A stretch of DNA of 64,000 nucleotides. Source: an uncultured Clostridium sp. Its GTDB lineage: Bacteria; Bacillota; Clostridia; TANB77; CAG-508. Shown one piece after another: positions 1 to 10,784 of the stretch; position 1 is the first letter of the stretch, and every line of letters starts with the position of its first letter. The translations under genes and the position numbers were made by a program. The notes beneath the pieces were generated by a model, which saw nothing but the letters and a program-made list of their open reading frames with translations, did not search any database and was not told where the DNA came from. The DNA lies in assembly GCA_946497775.1 (NCBI GenBank), contig CAMMLS010000001.1, forward strand, positions 32,280 through 96,279, written 5' to 3'.

Positions 1-894
1 TTCCTAAATACATTAAGATTTCCAATACAATTATATGTTCAAACAAGAAGCTTAAATTTAAAAGATATTATAGATGGATATAAAGATAAAGTAAAAAGCC
101 TAAGAACAGATGTAGAACAAATACAAGCCAAAATGAGAGAAGCTAAAATGCAAGGCAATGAAAACTTGTATGAAAAATTAAGATATGAAGAAAAGAGAAA
201 AGAAAATGTTTTAGAATATGGAGCAGATATAGCAGAATATATTGGCAGAATGAGTTTGAATAAAAATGTTTTACAACAAAAAACATATGTAATAGTTTCG
301 TATTATTCAAATGAAAATGGGTCATTAGCTAATTACTCAAAAGAGGAAATTGATGACTTATGTTTCCAAGAGTTATTTACAAGAAGTCAATCTGTTATGA
401 GATCACTTGCTGCATCTGAGGTTACTGGTAAAATATTAAACTCAGAAGAATTAGCAGAATTACTATACATAGCTTATAATAGAGATGATTCAGAATTATT
501 ACAATTATCAAAAGCGTTAGACGCAGAATATGATTCTTTATATAATACTGCAAAAGATGTTCTTCAAAAGAAACAAGAAAAATTAGAAGAACAAATCAAT
601 TTAGAAGCCGTAGACTTGGCGACAGAAAGTATTATTGCGGCAGATAAGAAAAGAGAAAAAGAATTAGAAGATAAAGAAAAGAAAAGAGAAAAGGTCAAAG
701 AAAAAGCACTTCAATTAATAGAAGAATATAAATCTCAAATGGATGATGACTTATATAAAAGAGCAAAAAAAGAAATAAATGAAGAAACAGATTCAGAAGA
801 AATAGAAGAAGAGCAACAAGAAGAACCTCCTAAGAAAAAAAGAGGTAGAAAAAAGAAAACAGAAGAAACTAGTGAAGAGACAAAAGTAAGTTAA
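1..894 (+). CDS. Conjugation-module protein with Lys/Glu-rich coiled-coil tail, 5-prime partial
   Basis: The frame of ORF 133..894 stays open back to base 1. It has a charged C-terminus (KREKELEDKEKKREKVKEK...PPKKKRGRKKK) and lies directly upstream of the VirB4-like gene. Function is inferred from context only. Confidence 0.45.
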   Translation, partial: FLNTLRFPIQLYVQTRSLNLKDIIDGYKDKVKSLRTDVEQIQAKMREAKMQGNENLYEKLRYEEKRKENVLEYGADIAEYIGRMSLNKNVLQQKTYVIVSYYSNENGSLANYSKEEIDDLCFQELFTRSQSVMRSLAASEVTGKILNSEELAELLYIAYNRDDSELLQLSKALDAEYDSLYNTAKDVLQKKQEKLEEQINLEAVDLATESIIAADKKREKELEDKEKKREKVKEKALQLIEEYKSQMDDDLYKRAKKEINEETDSEEIEEEQQEEPPKKKRGRKKKTEETSEETKVS

Positions 895-924
895 TAGTGA
901 AGTATTTGAGGAGGAGAAAATATA

Positions 925-2877
925 ATGGGAAAAGACAAAAGAAAGAAAAAAAATAAACCAGAAGATATTGTTAAAGTAGATTACAACAACGAAGGCTTTA
1001 TTAGCAAAAATGTTAAAAACATAAAAGATTTAATAGCACCAGCAGGAATTGATGCAAGCCATACAAATTATTTGGAAATAACATCAAGTAGCACTAGATA
1101 TGCAAGAAGTATGCTTGTGACTACAATTCCGAGAATGTGTACATTCCCAGAATTTTTAAGAAGTATGTACACATTTGGTGACATAAATGTTTCTGTGTTT
1201 ATTAATCCTATAAGTGAAAGTTCCTCACAAACAGACTTAAATAGAAAAATAAATGAACTAGAATCTGAAAGAATTGTAGCATTAGACAGAGGAGACATAA
1301 ATAGAGAAAGAATAATGGCACAAAAAAGAGCAGAAGCTGAGGCATTAAGAGATGAAATTGCAGCAGGATTTAATAAGTTATTTGAAGCTTCAATAATTTG
1401 TACATTATTTGCATATAGCTTAGAGGAATTAGATAAATATACAGAATTATTAGCATCTGAAATGTCTAAAACTCTAATAGGAATAAAACCAGCATGGGCA
1501 ATACAAGACGAAGCTTTTAGGTCTAATATGCCTTATTGTGATAACAAAGTTAAAAAAATGCACACATTTGATAGAAGCTCAATGGCAACAGTATTTCCTT
1601 TCTTTACATCAGAAGTCGGGCATGATAAAGGAATACCAATTGCATTTAATAGACAAACAGGACTTCCAATATTATTTGATAATTTTAGCCCAACACTTAC
1701 AAACTACAACATGGTTGTGTTTGGAAAATCTGGTGCTGGTAAAGGTGTTACAATAAAAGTATTAACAGCTCGTTCATCTGTGCTAATGGGAATAGAAAGC
1801 TTAGCACTAGATGCCGAAGGTGAATATGGAGTAGTTGCAGAAGCATTAGGTGGAATTAATGTAACAATAAGTCCAAACTCTAAAACTATTATAAACTTAT
1901 TTGATATAGAACCAGAAATTGTAAGAGATGAAATAACAGGTAAAGAAAGAGTAATGCTAAATGTAGAAAATAAAGTAGAAGACGTTACACAGGCATTGCT
2001 AACAATGGCAAGAGGAAGTACAAGAAGCCAGGAAGTAAATGAGCTTACAAAACAAATTATTGCAGAATCAGTAGCAGAAGAATATGCAGCACACGGAATT
2101 ACAAACAATATAGAAAGCTTATATGTAAATGATGGACCAATAGTAAATAGAAATTATTTAGGAAGAACAAAAAAAGAAATGCCAACAATTGGTTCATGGT
2201 ATAAAAGACTAGTTGCAAATGCAAAAAAGAATGATAACCCAGATTATAGATTCCATTATAGTTATCTAATAAAAGTTATGAGACAATATGTAAGAGAATA
2301 TGACGGACAAATGGCATACTTTGACGGACAATCAACCTTTGATTTATTAGAAGGAGTTCCATTTATAAACCTAGACATATCTGGACTAGAAGAAAGATTT
2401 GCAAGACCACTTGCACAACAAATATTATTATCATGGATATGGGAAAAATATGTTAAGAAAAACAGTGAAGATAAGTCAAAAGCTGCTAAAAAAAGGGTAT
2501 TAGTAGACGAAGCTTGGATGTTACTTCCATATCCAGAAGCAGTAGATTTCTTAAACACAATGGCAAGACGTGCTAGAAAAAGAAATGTATCTCTTGCTGT
2601 TATTTCACAGAAATTCCAGGATTTCTATGAAAAAGCAGAAGTACAAGCAGTACTTACATCGTCAGATACTAAATTATTCTTAGCACAAGATAAATCAGAA
2701 ATATCTTATATAAAAGAAGTATTTAAATTAAGCGAAGGAGAAGCATATTTCCTTACAACTTGTAGTAGAGGTGAAGGACTATTAAAAGTTGGAGAAGATA
2801 CAGCAATTATTTCAATTAAACCAACGAAGAAAGAATTTGAATTTATAGAAACAAACTTAAATAAACTAAAAAAATAA
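925..2877 (+). CDS. VirB4-family conjugative T4SS ATPase
   Basis: 650 aa with Walker A GKSGAGKG and Walker B-like VLVDEAWMLL. A GAGGAGG RBS lies upstream. Size and architecture match VirB4/TraE/TcpF-type ATPases. Confidence 0.85.
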   Translation: MGKDKRKKKNKPEDIVKVDYNNEGFISKNVKNIKDLIAPAGIDASHTNYLEITSSSTRYARSMLVTTIPRMCTFPEFLRSMYTFGDINVSVFINPISESSSQTDLNRKINELESERIVALDRGDINRERIMAQKRAEAEALRDEIAAGFNKLFEASIICTLFAYSLEELDKYTELLASEMSKTLIGIKPAWAIQDEAFRSNMPYCDNKVKKMHTFDRSSMATVFPFFTSEVGHDKGIPIAFNRQTGLPILFDNFSPTLTNYNMVVFGKSGAGKGVTIKVLTARSSVLMGIESLALDAEGEYGVVAEALGGINVTISPNSKTIINLFDIEPEIVRDEITGKERVMLNVENKVEDVTQALLTMARGSTRSQEVNELTKQIIAESVAEEYAAHGITNNIESLYVNDGPIVNRNYLGRTKKEMPTIGSWYKRLVANAKKNDNPDYRFHYSYLIKVMRQYVREYDGQMAYFDGQSTFDLLEGVPFINLDISGLEERFARPLAQQILLSWIWEKYVKKNSEDKSKAAKKRVLVDEAWMLLPYPEAVDFLNTMARRARKRNVSLAVISQKFQDFYEKAEVQAVLTSSDTKLFLAQDKSEISYIKEVFKLSEGEAYFLTTCSRGEGLLKVGEDTAIISIKPTKKEFEFIETNLNKLKK

Positions 2878-2900
2878 AAGTATAATGGAAGGTGTGAGGA

Positions 2901-4067
2901 ATGAGTAAAAAGTTAATATTATCAATTGCAATTATAGTTATTATTTTAAATGCACTCCTTCCACAATACATTTATGCAACAGATACAATAAAAATGGACA
3001 GCTTAGAGGGACAAAATGCTAGAAATGAAATTGAAAAAGAAACTCAACAAGATGTAGAATCAACAGAAGTACCAATCGTAACTGATATAATGGGCGGAAT
3101 TACACAAGTTGGAAGTGTAATATTAGGAGAAGCTGGAAATTTAGCAAGTGTAATAGTAAGAATAATAGTAAAAATTCTTTGCTTCATACCATACTCTATA
3201 CAAATGCTTATGGCATTTGTAACAGTAGGTGATTCAGAAGACATATATACAGGCTCATCATTTATGGATAATTTTGATGCTTCAAATGTTAATTGGTTTA
3301 CAATAGAAAAAGCAGTATTTGGACAAGTTCCACTATTTAATGTCGATTTTTTCGATGTAACAACAGATGATTCAAGTGTAAATTCAAAATTAAAAGAGTC
3401 AATAGCTTCATGGTATTATGTTTCATTAAGAATTGCTCAAATACTTAGTATTGTAACGCTTATTTACATAGGCATAAGAATGGCAATGGCATCCAAACCA
3501 GAAGAAAAAGTTAATTACAAAAAAATGTTTAAAAACTGGATAATTGGATTTGCAATGTTATTCTTACTACATTATGCAATTGTAATTATATTAAAAGCTA
3601 CTAACTTTTTCATTTCATTAATACCAGAATCTATGCTAAATAATAATTTTGAAACAGAAATAATTGGAAAAACAATAAATGTATTTGATACAGATGAAAG
3701 CATATGGTCAATTTTGCTATATTTCATAACATATGTTATAATAGTAGGGTATGAAGTATATTTCTTCTACAAATATTTTAAAAGATTACTTACAATGGGA
3801 TTTTTAGTAATAATAGCCCCACTTATAACTGTAACATATGCAATAGATAAAGCAGGAGATGGAAAAGCACAAGCATATACAGCATGGACAAAACTATTTT
3901 TAAGTAATGCATTTATGCAACCAGTACATGCACTTATGTATACAATATTTGTATTTTCGGCATCAGCAATAGCATTAAAAGCACCAATGATAGCAATAGT
4001 ATTCTTTATAGGAATATTAAAAGCAGAGGATGTATTTAACAAATTATTTGGATTAAGTACAAAATAG
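2901..4067 (+). CDS. VirB6/TrbL-like polytopic membrane protein (paralog A)
   Basis: 388 aa with a signal peptide and multiple TM helices. Motifs YIGIRMAMASKPEEKVNYKKM..LLHY and ITVTYAIDKAGDGKAQAY are shared with the next gene. Confidence 0.6.
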   Translation: MSKKLILSIAIIVIILNALLPQYIYATDTIKMDSLEGQNARNEIEKETQQDVESTEVPIVTDIMGGITQVGSVILGEAGNLASVIVRIIVKILCFIPYSIQMLMAFVTVGDSEDIYTGSSFMDNFDASNVNWFTIEKAVFGQVPLFNVDFFDVTTDDSSVNSKLKESIASWYYVSLRIAQILSIVTLIYIGIRMAMASKPEEKVNYKKMFKNWIIGFAMLFLLHYAIVIILKATNFFISLIPESMLNNNFETEIIGKTINVFDTDESIWSILLYFITYVIIVGYEVYFFYKYFKRLLTMGFLVIIAPLITVTYAIDKAGDGKAQAYTAWTKLFLSNAFMQPVHALMYTIFVFSASAIALKAPMIAIVFFIGILKAEDVFNKLFGLSTK

Positions 4068-4096
4068 ATTAAATAGACATTTATATGAGGTTTAAT

Positions 4097-6335
4097 ATGA
4101 TTAAGGGAAAAGTAAGAAAATTACTACTAATAATAATAATTAGTATGTTAATGTTTAATTTCATAGGTTCAAATATTGTTATGGCTATTTCAACTGAGCG
4201 GAAGTACAGAAGCTATAAATGAGCCACCAGCAACCGCAGGAGTTGTAGGCAATCCATCTAAAATAATGGACGAAGTAAACACTGCAAATGAAATAAATTG
4301 GGGAACCGCAGCAGATGGATTAGTTGGTATATTTACATATTTTGAAAGATTAAAAATTGTAATTATAGGTGGAGTATTTCAATTTTTAGGATCAGTAGTT
4401 GGAGAAAGTGCAGGAACAGCAAATAGTGGTTCAATAACTGTAATTACACCAGAAGATATTTTATTTAATAGACTTGCAATTACAGATATAAACTTTTTTA
4501 ATATGACATCATTTGGGACAGGAGATCATCAACAATCATTATCCGGGAGCAATAACCCAATTAAGTCATTAAAACAAAGTGTGGCTAGTTGGTATATGAC
4601 ATTAAGAACCATGGCAATTATAATATTACTATGTGTACTTATTTATATAGGAATAAGAATGGTAATGGCTTCAAACCCTGAAAGTAAAGTTAATTACAAA
4701 AAAATGCTTGTAAATTGGGTTGTTAGCTTGGCAATGGTATTTTTACTACATTACATAATTTTAATCACAATAAATATAAACAATGTACTTGTAGATATGA
4801 TTTCATCAGTAAAAGATAATGCCCTACCAGAGAGCAATTCAATATTTTTTGGAAATTATATAAAAGCACTTGTTATTCAAAGCTTTTACCCACTTGCAAC
4901 TATTAGTTGGAGTTCTGCAATAGTATATTTATGTATAGTTGCTTTAACATTTATATTTTTAATTATGTATATAAAACGTATGATAACAGTTGCTTTTTTA
5001 ATACTAATATCACCAATTATAACCATTACATACTCAATAGACAAAGCTGGAAATGGTAAAGCAGAGGCATTTTCAAGCTGGTTAAAAGAATTTTTACATA
5101 ATGTTCTTATACAACCATTTCATTGTTTAATATATGTAGCTTTTGTTGCAATAGCAATGAATGTATTGCAAGGAGAAGGAACACTAGCTTCTGCTGTACT
5201 TGTAATTGTAACAATGTTCTTTATATTACAAGCAGAAGATTTAATAAAAAAGATATTTGGAATAGATTCAAAATCAACAGGAAGTGCATTAGCAACAGCA
5301 GCTGTACTTTCAGCAGCATATGGTAAGCTAAAACCATCTGGTGGAAAAAAAGCACCAACAAATGTTGGAAAGGCACCAACTGCTACAAATGTAGGAGCAA
5401 AAGGTCAGGCATCTAGCCTGATAGCAAGCAACAATATTGCGGCAAGTAATATACAAGAAACAAATGATTCTGGAATGAAAAATATGTCATCTGAGACATT
5501 AAGCAGAAAACTTAGTGGTGGTGCAGGAGAAGATATAGATTATAGGAATTTAAGAAGCTATGAGCAAGATGCAAGAAGACGTGCAGAAAGAGAAAGAATG
5601 GAAGCAGAAAACCGTAGATATGCAGTAGCAATGGCAAGTGACTATGATACTTTAATGACAGGAGAAATACCTAGAAATAATATGGGAGAAAATACAATTC
5701 CAGCTGATAAGATTAACATGGAACCAAAAGTATCAGGAAATCCTAAAACTTCTTCTGAAATTCCATATGTAGAAATGCCACAAGTTGATAATATTAATAG
5801 TTCAAACATGGAACGATTAGCTAATGATGCAAAAAATTTAGCAGGAAAAGCAGGCAAAACATTTGTAGATTGGAACTTAAAAACATCTGGACTAGCTGGT
5901 GCAGCAATAGGAGGATCACTTGCGGGACTTGGAGGTGCGGATCTTGGTAATGCAATAGGAGCAATGGCAGTAGGAAAGAAAATTCAAGATTATGTAGAAG
6001 ATTCATCAGGTTATACTCAAAAAATAAACAAACTTGAAGAATATATAAAAGAATCAAATATAAAAAATAATGAAAGAGTTTTAGCAACAGCATTTAGTAA
6101 TCATAAACATGGAGAAGAATACAATAGAGAAGCAGACATACAAAAAGCAAGAGAATATTTAAGTATGAATAGTAACAAGATTAAAGATATAAAAGAAACA
6201 TCAGAACGTCAATATGTACAGTCATTACATGCTATGAGAAGTATATATAATCAAAATTATGATGAAGATCCAAATGAAAAAGTAATAGAAACAATGGGAA
6301 AAATTATAGACAAAGATATAAAACCAAATGACTAA
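4097..6335 (+). CDS. VirB6/TrbL-like polytopic membrane protein (paralog B) with long charged tail; needs a +1 shift at CGG 4199-4201
   Basis: ATG 4097 gives the signal peptide MIKGKVRKLLLIIIISMLMFNF...VMAISTE. The 0 frame stops at 4220-4222, and the +1 frame is track ORF 4176..6335. Motifs YIGIRMVMASNPESKVNYKKM..LLHY and ITITYSIDKAGNGKAEAF match paralog A. Confidence 0.6.
4199..4201 (+). other. Putative +1 recoding site (GAG CGG A)
   Basis: In-frame CGG relative to ATG 4097. The protein continues at GGA 4200. Confidence 0.55.
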
Positions 6336-6408
6336 TAAAATAAGGGGGATAATGAGTATGGTATAAAAACCCTACACCATTATCCCTTTTTTAAAAGAAG
6401 GTGAAAAG

Positions 6409-8589
6409 ATGGCAAATAATGAAGATAATTTTGAAGAAATGTATTCGTCAGAAGAACAAAATGAAAGTCCGAGTACAACTAAAAAAGCTATAAAAAAAGC
6501 AGGACAAGAAGCAGCAAACGGAATAAGAAAAGCAGGGACTACTTTAATTAATTCTGGAAGTACAGTCATAAAAAGAAGTATTTTAGCACTTCTTCCATAT
6601 ATTGCGGCTATCCTAGCAGTAATAGTTGGAATTATTCTTTTAATTAGTATATTAGTATTTATTTTTTCAGGACCAGATATGTTAAGAGGGCAAATTGTTC
6701 AAATGGCAGATGAACTGTGGACTCAAATAAAAACAGCACTAGTAAGTATTACAGAAGGCGATGACTATGCGGAAGTAACACAGCAACACGTTCTAGATGT
6801 TGCAAGATACATAGACTTAATGGGTTTTGACTTAGTTGGATATGGATTTGTAACAGATGAAGAAAAAGCTGATTTACAAGAAAATGAAGAAGGAGAAATA
6901 ACAAGTGTAAGCAGTGATGCATTAGTAGAATACTTAGCAGCTGAAAATAGAACATATATGTTATCTACCGTATCTATAAGCAGTTTACTTAGATGGTGGG
7001 ATGGAGTTAGTATATTTCCTATAAATTCTGATGCCACGCCAGAAGGAGCACAAAACTCGGAATTTGGAACAGGAATGCTAAATGTGTCAACAAGAATAGA
7101 TGCAGTACCAGAAATTATTATAGATGGTCAAAGAGTAGAGTGGGATGAATTAGCAAGCGAAAATAGTAATGGGGCAGGAGGAATACCAGTAGAGTTAACA
7201 ATAACGCCAGATATAGATAGAGAAAATAGAAAATTAGTACTTACAATAAATGAAAAAAAACAGGTCGCAGGACAACTAAAAGAAACAAAAACAGAATGTA
7301 TATATAATTTAGATGGTTGGACTGGGAGATATGGAAAACCAATTGAATTTTTACTTGCATTACATTTAGGAACTATGGCACCAGATTTTGCTGAATCAAT
7401 AGCAACAAGACAGGAATTTGATACAAAAGTTAATATTAGACTTCACAAATCAGTAGAAGTGGTAAGATTAAAATATAGAGGAATGACATTAGACGAAACA
7501 AAACAAGAATTAGATAATAGGGTTAGAGTATTATGGAATTACATGCAACAGGTAAATGCTGCACAAAGAAGACCTATATATGTTTACCAAAATGCAGTAG
7601 ACCAAGCTCAAAATGATGTGGGAGTTACATATGCGGAAATAGAAGATGCTAAAGATTATGAAGAAAAAAATACAAAGGAAAAATATACTCCATATATAAC
7701 AAGTGTTGACAATCATTGGTATAGAGACTTAAAATTTAAAGATTTAAATACAGCAAGTTCAGAAGATGCATATGTGGAAACTTTACCAACATCAGTATCA
7801 AGTAAATACAGTAAATTCGATGTAACAACATATAAATCAGGAGAAATATATCAAGTAAAAGAACCAGAAAGATCAGATGTAAATGAGACCTTAGAAGATT
7901 TATTTACAAACGGCTTATGGGAAAAAGTAGATGGAATAAATGGATTCATAACATCTGGTTCTATGGCAGTAAAAAGTAAAATAACTCTTGGAGACGACAT
8001 GAAAAATGTAATAGTAATGTTGGAGAGAGCTGCACAAACTAGTGATGATGCAAAATTTGTTTTAAGAGATTTAAAAGAATGGATTACAAGTAAAGGCGTA
8101 AAATTCCAAGATGAAAAAATATTAACAAGCAAAGTAACAAGTGATGATGATTGGAATACAGATGGAAGTTTAACAGGAGGTGGAGGATCTTCATCTTCTG
8201 ACAATAATAGTTCATCTGGATCAACTACATCTGGATCATATAGATTAAAAAATTTACTTGGAGGAAAAACAGCACAAATTTTATATAATGGAAATGATGC
8301 TATAATAAAAACAAGCGAAATGCCAGCTAGAACTGGAATTTATTCAGTAGTAGGTGGAACAATAGATAAAATTTCAGACAATGCTGTTCAAATAAAAATA
8401 ACATCACCAAGTAATTTAAAAGACAAAATATTAATAATGAGTGGAGTAAAAATGGATTCTGCAATAAAAGTTGGAGACAAAATAAGCAATAATACTCCAA
8501 TTGCAGAAACGGTTTCAGGAAAAGATATGGTAATAAAAATGCAAGATGAAAGCAGAAATAGTATAAGTGTAAAAGATAATTTAAATTAA
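6409..8589 (+). CDS. Large membrane-anchored conjugation-module protein, possible cell-wall remodelling or channel component
   Basis: 726 aa with an N-terminal TM (LLPYIAAILAVIVGIILLISILVFIF) and a Gly/Ser linker (GGGGSSSSDNNSSSGS). The C-terminal beta-rich domain resembles a LytM/M23 barrel but has no obvious catalytic His motif. Confidence 0.45.
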   Translation: MANNEDNFEEMYSSEEQNESPSTTKKAIKKAGQEAANGIRKAGTTLINSGSTVIKRSILALLPYIAAILAVIVGIILLISILVFIFSGPDMLRGQIVQMADELWTQIKTALVSITEGDDYAEVTQQHVLDVARYIDLMGFDLVGYGFVTDEEKADLQENEEGEITSVSSDALVEYLAAENRTYMLSTVSISSLLRWWDGVSIFPINSDATPEGAQNSEFGTGMLNVSTRIDAVPEIIIDGQRVEWDELASENSNGAGGIPVELTITPDIDRENRKLVLTINEKKQVAGQLKETKTECIYNLDGWTGRYGKPIEFLLALHLGTMAPDFAESIATRQEFDTKVNIRLHKSVEVVRLKYRGMTLDETKQELDNRVRVLWNYMQQVNAAQRRPIYVYQNAVDQAQNDVGVTYAEIEDAKDYEEKNTKEKYTPYITSVDNHWYRDLKFKDLNTASSEDAYVETLPTSVSSKYSKFDVTTYKSGEIYQVKEPERSDVNETLEDLFTNGLWEKVDGINGFITSGSMAVKSKITLGDDMKNVIVMLERAAQTSDDAKFVLRDLKEWITSKGVKFQDEKILTSKVTSDDDWNTDGSLTGGGGSSSSDNNSSSGSTTSGSYRLKNLLGGKTAQILYNGNDAIIKTSEMPARTGIYSVVGGTIDKISDNAVQIKITSPSNLKDKILIMSGVKMDSAIKVGDKISNNTPIAETVSGKDMVIKMQDESRNSISVKDNLN

Positions 8590-8607
8590 TAGAAAAGAGG
8601 ACAAAAA

Positions 8608-9207
8608 ATGAAAGGTATAAAAGGGATATTAATAATTTTAATAATAATTAGTATATGCTTATTAACATATATGATATTCTTTGTAGACCCCATTCATGAA
8701 TTTACATATGAAGAATATAAAATAATGCAAGAAGGAGAAAATCCAGAATTAGAAGCAGCACTTAAAATAAGAATATTTCCAGAAAATAGAGAATATTTAG
8801 AAGAAAAATATAATGGAAATCTAGACTTAAATTATGTTTATGAAAAATTATATGATTTAGTGCATAAAAATCTTTCTACTCTTCAAAGTGATTTGGCAAG
8901 TTTAAATTCAAGTGAGCTAAATACATATTTAGAAAATAACAAAGCAGACTTAATAGCTTGTGCGGGAATAACAACAATACAAGAACTTAGTATGCTATCA
9001 GTAAATATTAAAGAAAAAAATATAAATGATACTGAATACATAAATTCGGAAATAGACACACAGTCATATGTAGAGGATGAAAAATATGATACCGTAAATA
9101 TTAAAATAAACTACCAAAACTGCAAATTATACTTTAAAATATATATTGCAAATGATATGTTAACATCACCAATGGTAATTTTTGAATCTGTAAGTGGAGA
9201 GGAGTAA
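8608..9207 (+). CDS. Membrane-anchored hypothetical protein
   Basis: 199 aa with an N-terminal TM and an AAGAGGA RBS. No recognisable domain. Confidence 0.5.
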   Translation: MKGIKGILIILIIISICLLTYMIFFVDPIHEFTYEEYKIMQEGENPELEAALKIRIFPENREYLEEKYNGNLDLNYVYEKLYDLVHKNLSTLQSDLASLNSSELNTYLENNKADLIACAGITTIQELSMLSVNIKEKNINDTEYINSEIDTQSYVEDEKYDTVNIKINYQNCKLYFKIYIANDMLTSPMVIFESVSGEE

Positions 9208-9212
9208 AAATA

Positions 9213-9767
9213 ATGCAAAAACTAGATAAAGGAACAGTTCTTCTATTTATTATACTTATAGCAATAATTGCAACATGTATTTATGTATATGTAAATAAAA
9301 TATTAACACCAACAATGAATAATAACCAGGTAATAGCAAAATATGATTCTGAAAAAAGCAAAAACGAAGAGAACGAAATTATAGAAGAGGAAGTAAAAGA
9401 ACAAACACAAGAAGAGAAAATCTTGGAACTTAAAAGTATGAATGAAACAGATAGAATTCACGAATACTATGCAGAATATATAAATGCAATAGATGCAAGA
9501 AATTTTGAAAAAGCTTATGGATACTTATATCCGGAATTTAAACAAAATTATTTCCCAGAACAAAGTGAATTTGAAAAATATATAAATGAAAACTATCCAG
9601 AATATTTAGGAGTTGAGTATACAGATATAGATAGACAAGGAACATATTATATATTAACAGTAAGAATATATAATGCACTAGATGAAGAAATAACAACATA
9701 TTTGGAGCAAAAATTTGTAATATATGAAACTGACTTTGGAGAATTCACATTATCTTTCCAAGTATAA
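9213..9767 (+). CDS. Membrane-anchored hypothetical protein (NTF2/DUF4878-like fold suspected)
   Basis: 184 aa with an N-terminal TM. The motif NAIDARNFEKAYGYLYPEFKQNYFPEQSEFEKYI is paralogous to the next ORF. Confidence 0.5.
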   Translation: MQKLDKGTVLLFIILIAIIATCIYVYVNKILTPTMNNNQVIAKYDSEKSKNEENEIIEEEVKEQTQEEKILELKSMNETDRIHEYYAEYINAIDARNFEKAYGYLYPEFKQNYFPEQSEFEKYINENYPEYLGVEYTDIDRQGTYYILTVRIYNALDEEITTYLEQKFVIYETDFGEFTLSFQV

Positions 9768-9775
9768 TTTAAGGG

Positions 9776-10711
9776 GTGAAATTTTTGTTTACGCAAATAA
9801 GAATAAATATAATTGATTTTTTTAAAAAGCATGGTAAAAAAATTATAATTATATTGTTTGTATGGGCAATTATACTTACAATAAATTATTTTGTGGGAAA
9901 AATTGAAGAAACACCAGAAATACAAACAAATTACAATCCACATGAGTCAGTAATGGAAAATGGTAGTGTACCAACAAATTTGCAAGAACCAATTGAACAA
10001 TTAATTGGACAATTTGTGGAAAACTGCAATAATAAAGACTACGAAGCTGCGTATAATCTATTAACAGAAGATTGTAAAAACAATATATATCCAGATATTG
10101 AACTTTTTAAGCAATATGTAGACTCAATTTTTCCTAATAAAAAAATATATAATATACAAAACTTTTCTAATAAAGATGAAATCTACATATATACTGTAAA
10201 TATATTAAATGATATATTAGCAACAGGTTTAAATAATGAAGAAGATGAAAATGTATACAGTGAAAAATATGTAGTAATAGAAGAAAATGGACAGCTTAAA
10301 CTTTCTATTAGACAATATATAGGTAGACAAAATTTAACATACATATATGAAGATGAATACATGAAAATAAAAATAGAAAGCGTAGATATAAAATATGATA
10401 ATATTGTATATAATTTAAACATAACAAATAAATCAGAAAATTATATAGTATATTCAGACTATTCTGTTGACTACGAAATAGCATTAGATACATCAGAGGG
10501 ATTAAAAAGAAGAGCAGATGAAGTTTTAGAACCAATAACACTAGACAAACTAGAAACTAAAAATTTTTCTGTTAAATTTACAATATTCTATGATGAAGAT
10601 ACACAAATAGAAGACATGCTTTTTGATTATATTAGAATATACGAAAACGACGAAGACTATGAAAATGGCAATGAACCAATAGATGACTTTGCTATTAAAA
10701 TAAAATTTTAA
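9776..10711 (+). CDS. Membrane-anchored hypothetical protein, paralogous N-domain to 9213..9767
   Basis: 311 aa. The motif NCNNKDYEAAYNLLTEDCKNNIYPDIELFKQYV parallels the previous ORF. The track start is GTG 9776; TTG 9785 has better spacing to AAGGGG. Confidence 0.5.
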   Translation: MKFLFTQIRINIIDFFKKHGKKIIIILFVWAIILTINYFVGKIEETPEIQTNYNPHESVMENGSVPTNLQEPIEQLIGQFVENCNNKDYEAAYNLLTEDCKNNIYPDIELFKQYVDSIFPNKKIYNIQNFSNKDEIYIYTVNILNDILATGLNNEEDENVYSEKYVVIEENGQLKLSIRQYIGRQNLTYIYEDEYMKIKIESVDIKYDNIVYNLNITNKSENYIVYSDYSVDYEIALDTSEGLKRRADEVLEPITLDKLETKNFSVKFTIFYDEDTQIEDMLFDYIRIYENDEDYENGNEPIDDFAIKIKF

Positions 10712-10784
10712 AAAAATTTATAAAAAATGTATAAATAATAAAAAAATGGGTATTATCTATATGAATAATTAGGAGGTAGATAAT

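Larger units (their letters stand above)
1..10711 (+). mobile_element. Conjugative element (ICE or integrated plasmid) T4SS module; left boundary outside window, right boundary uncertain
   Basis: Co-directional block: VirB4-like ATPase, two VirB6/TrbL-like polytopic paralogs, a large membrane-anchored wall-associated protein and small anchored proteins. No integrase or att site is visible in the window. Confidence 0.55.
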
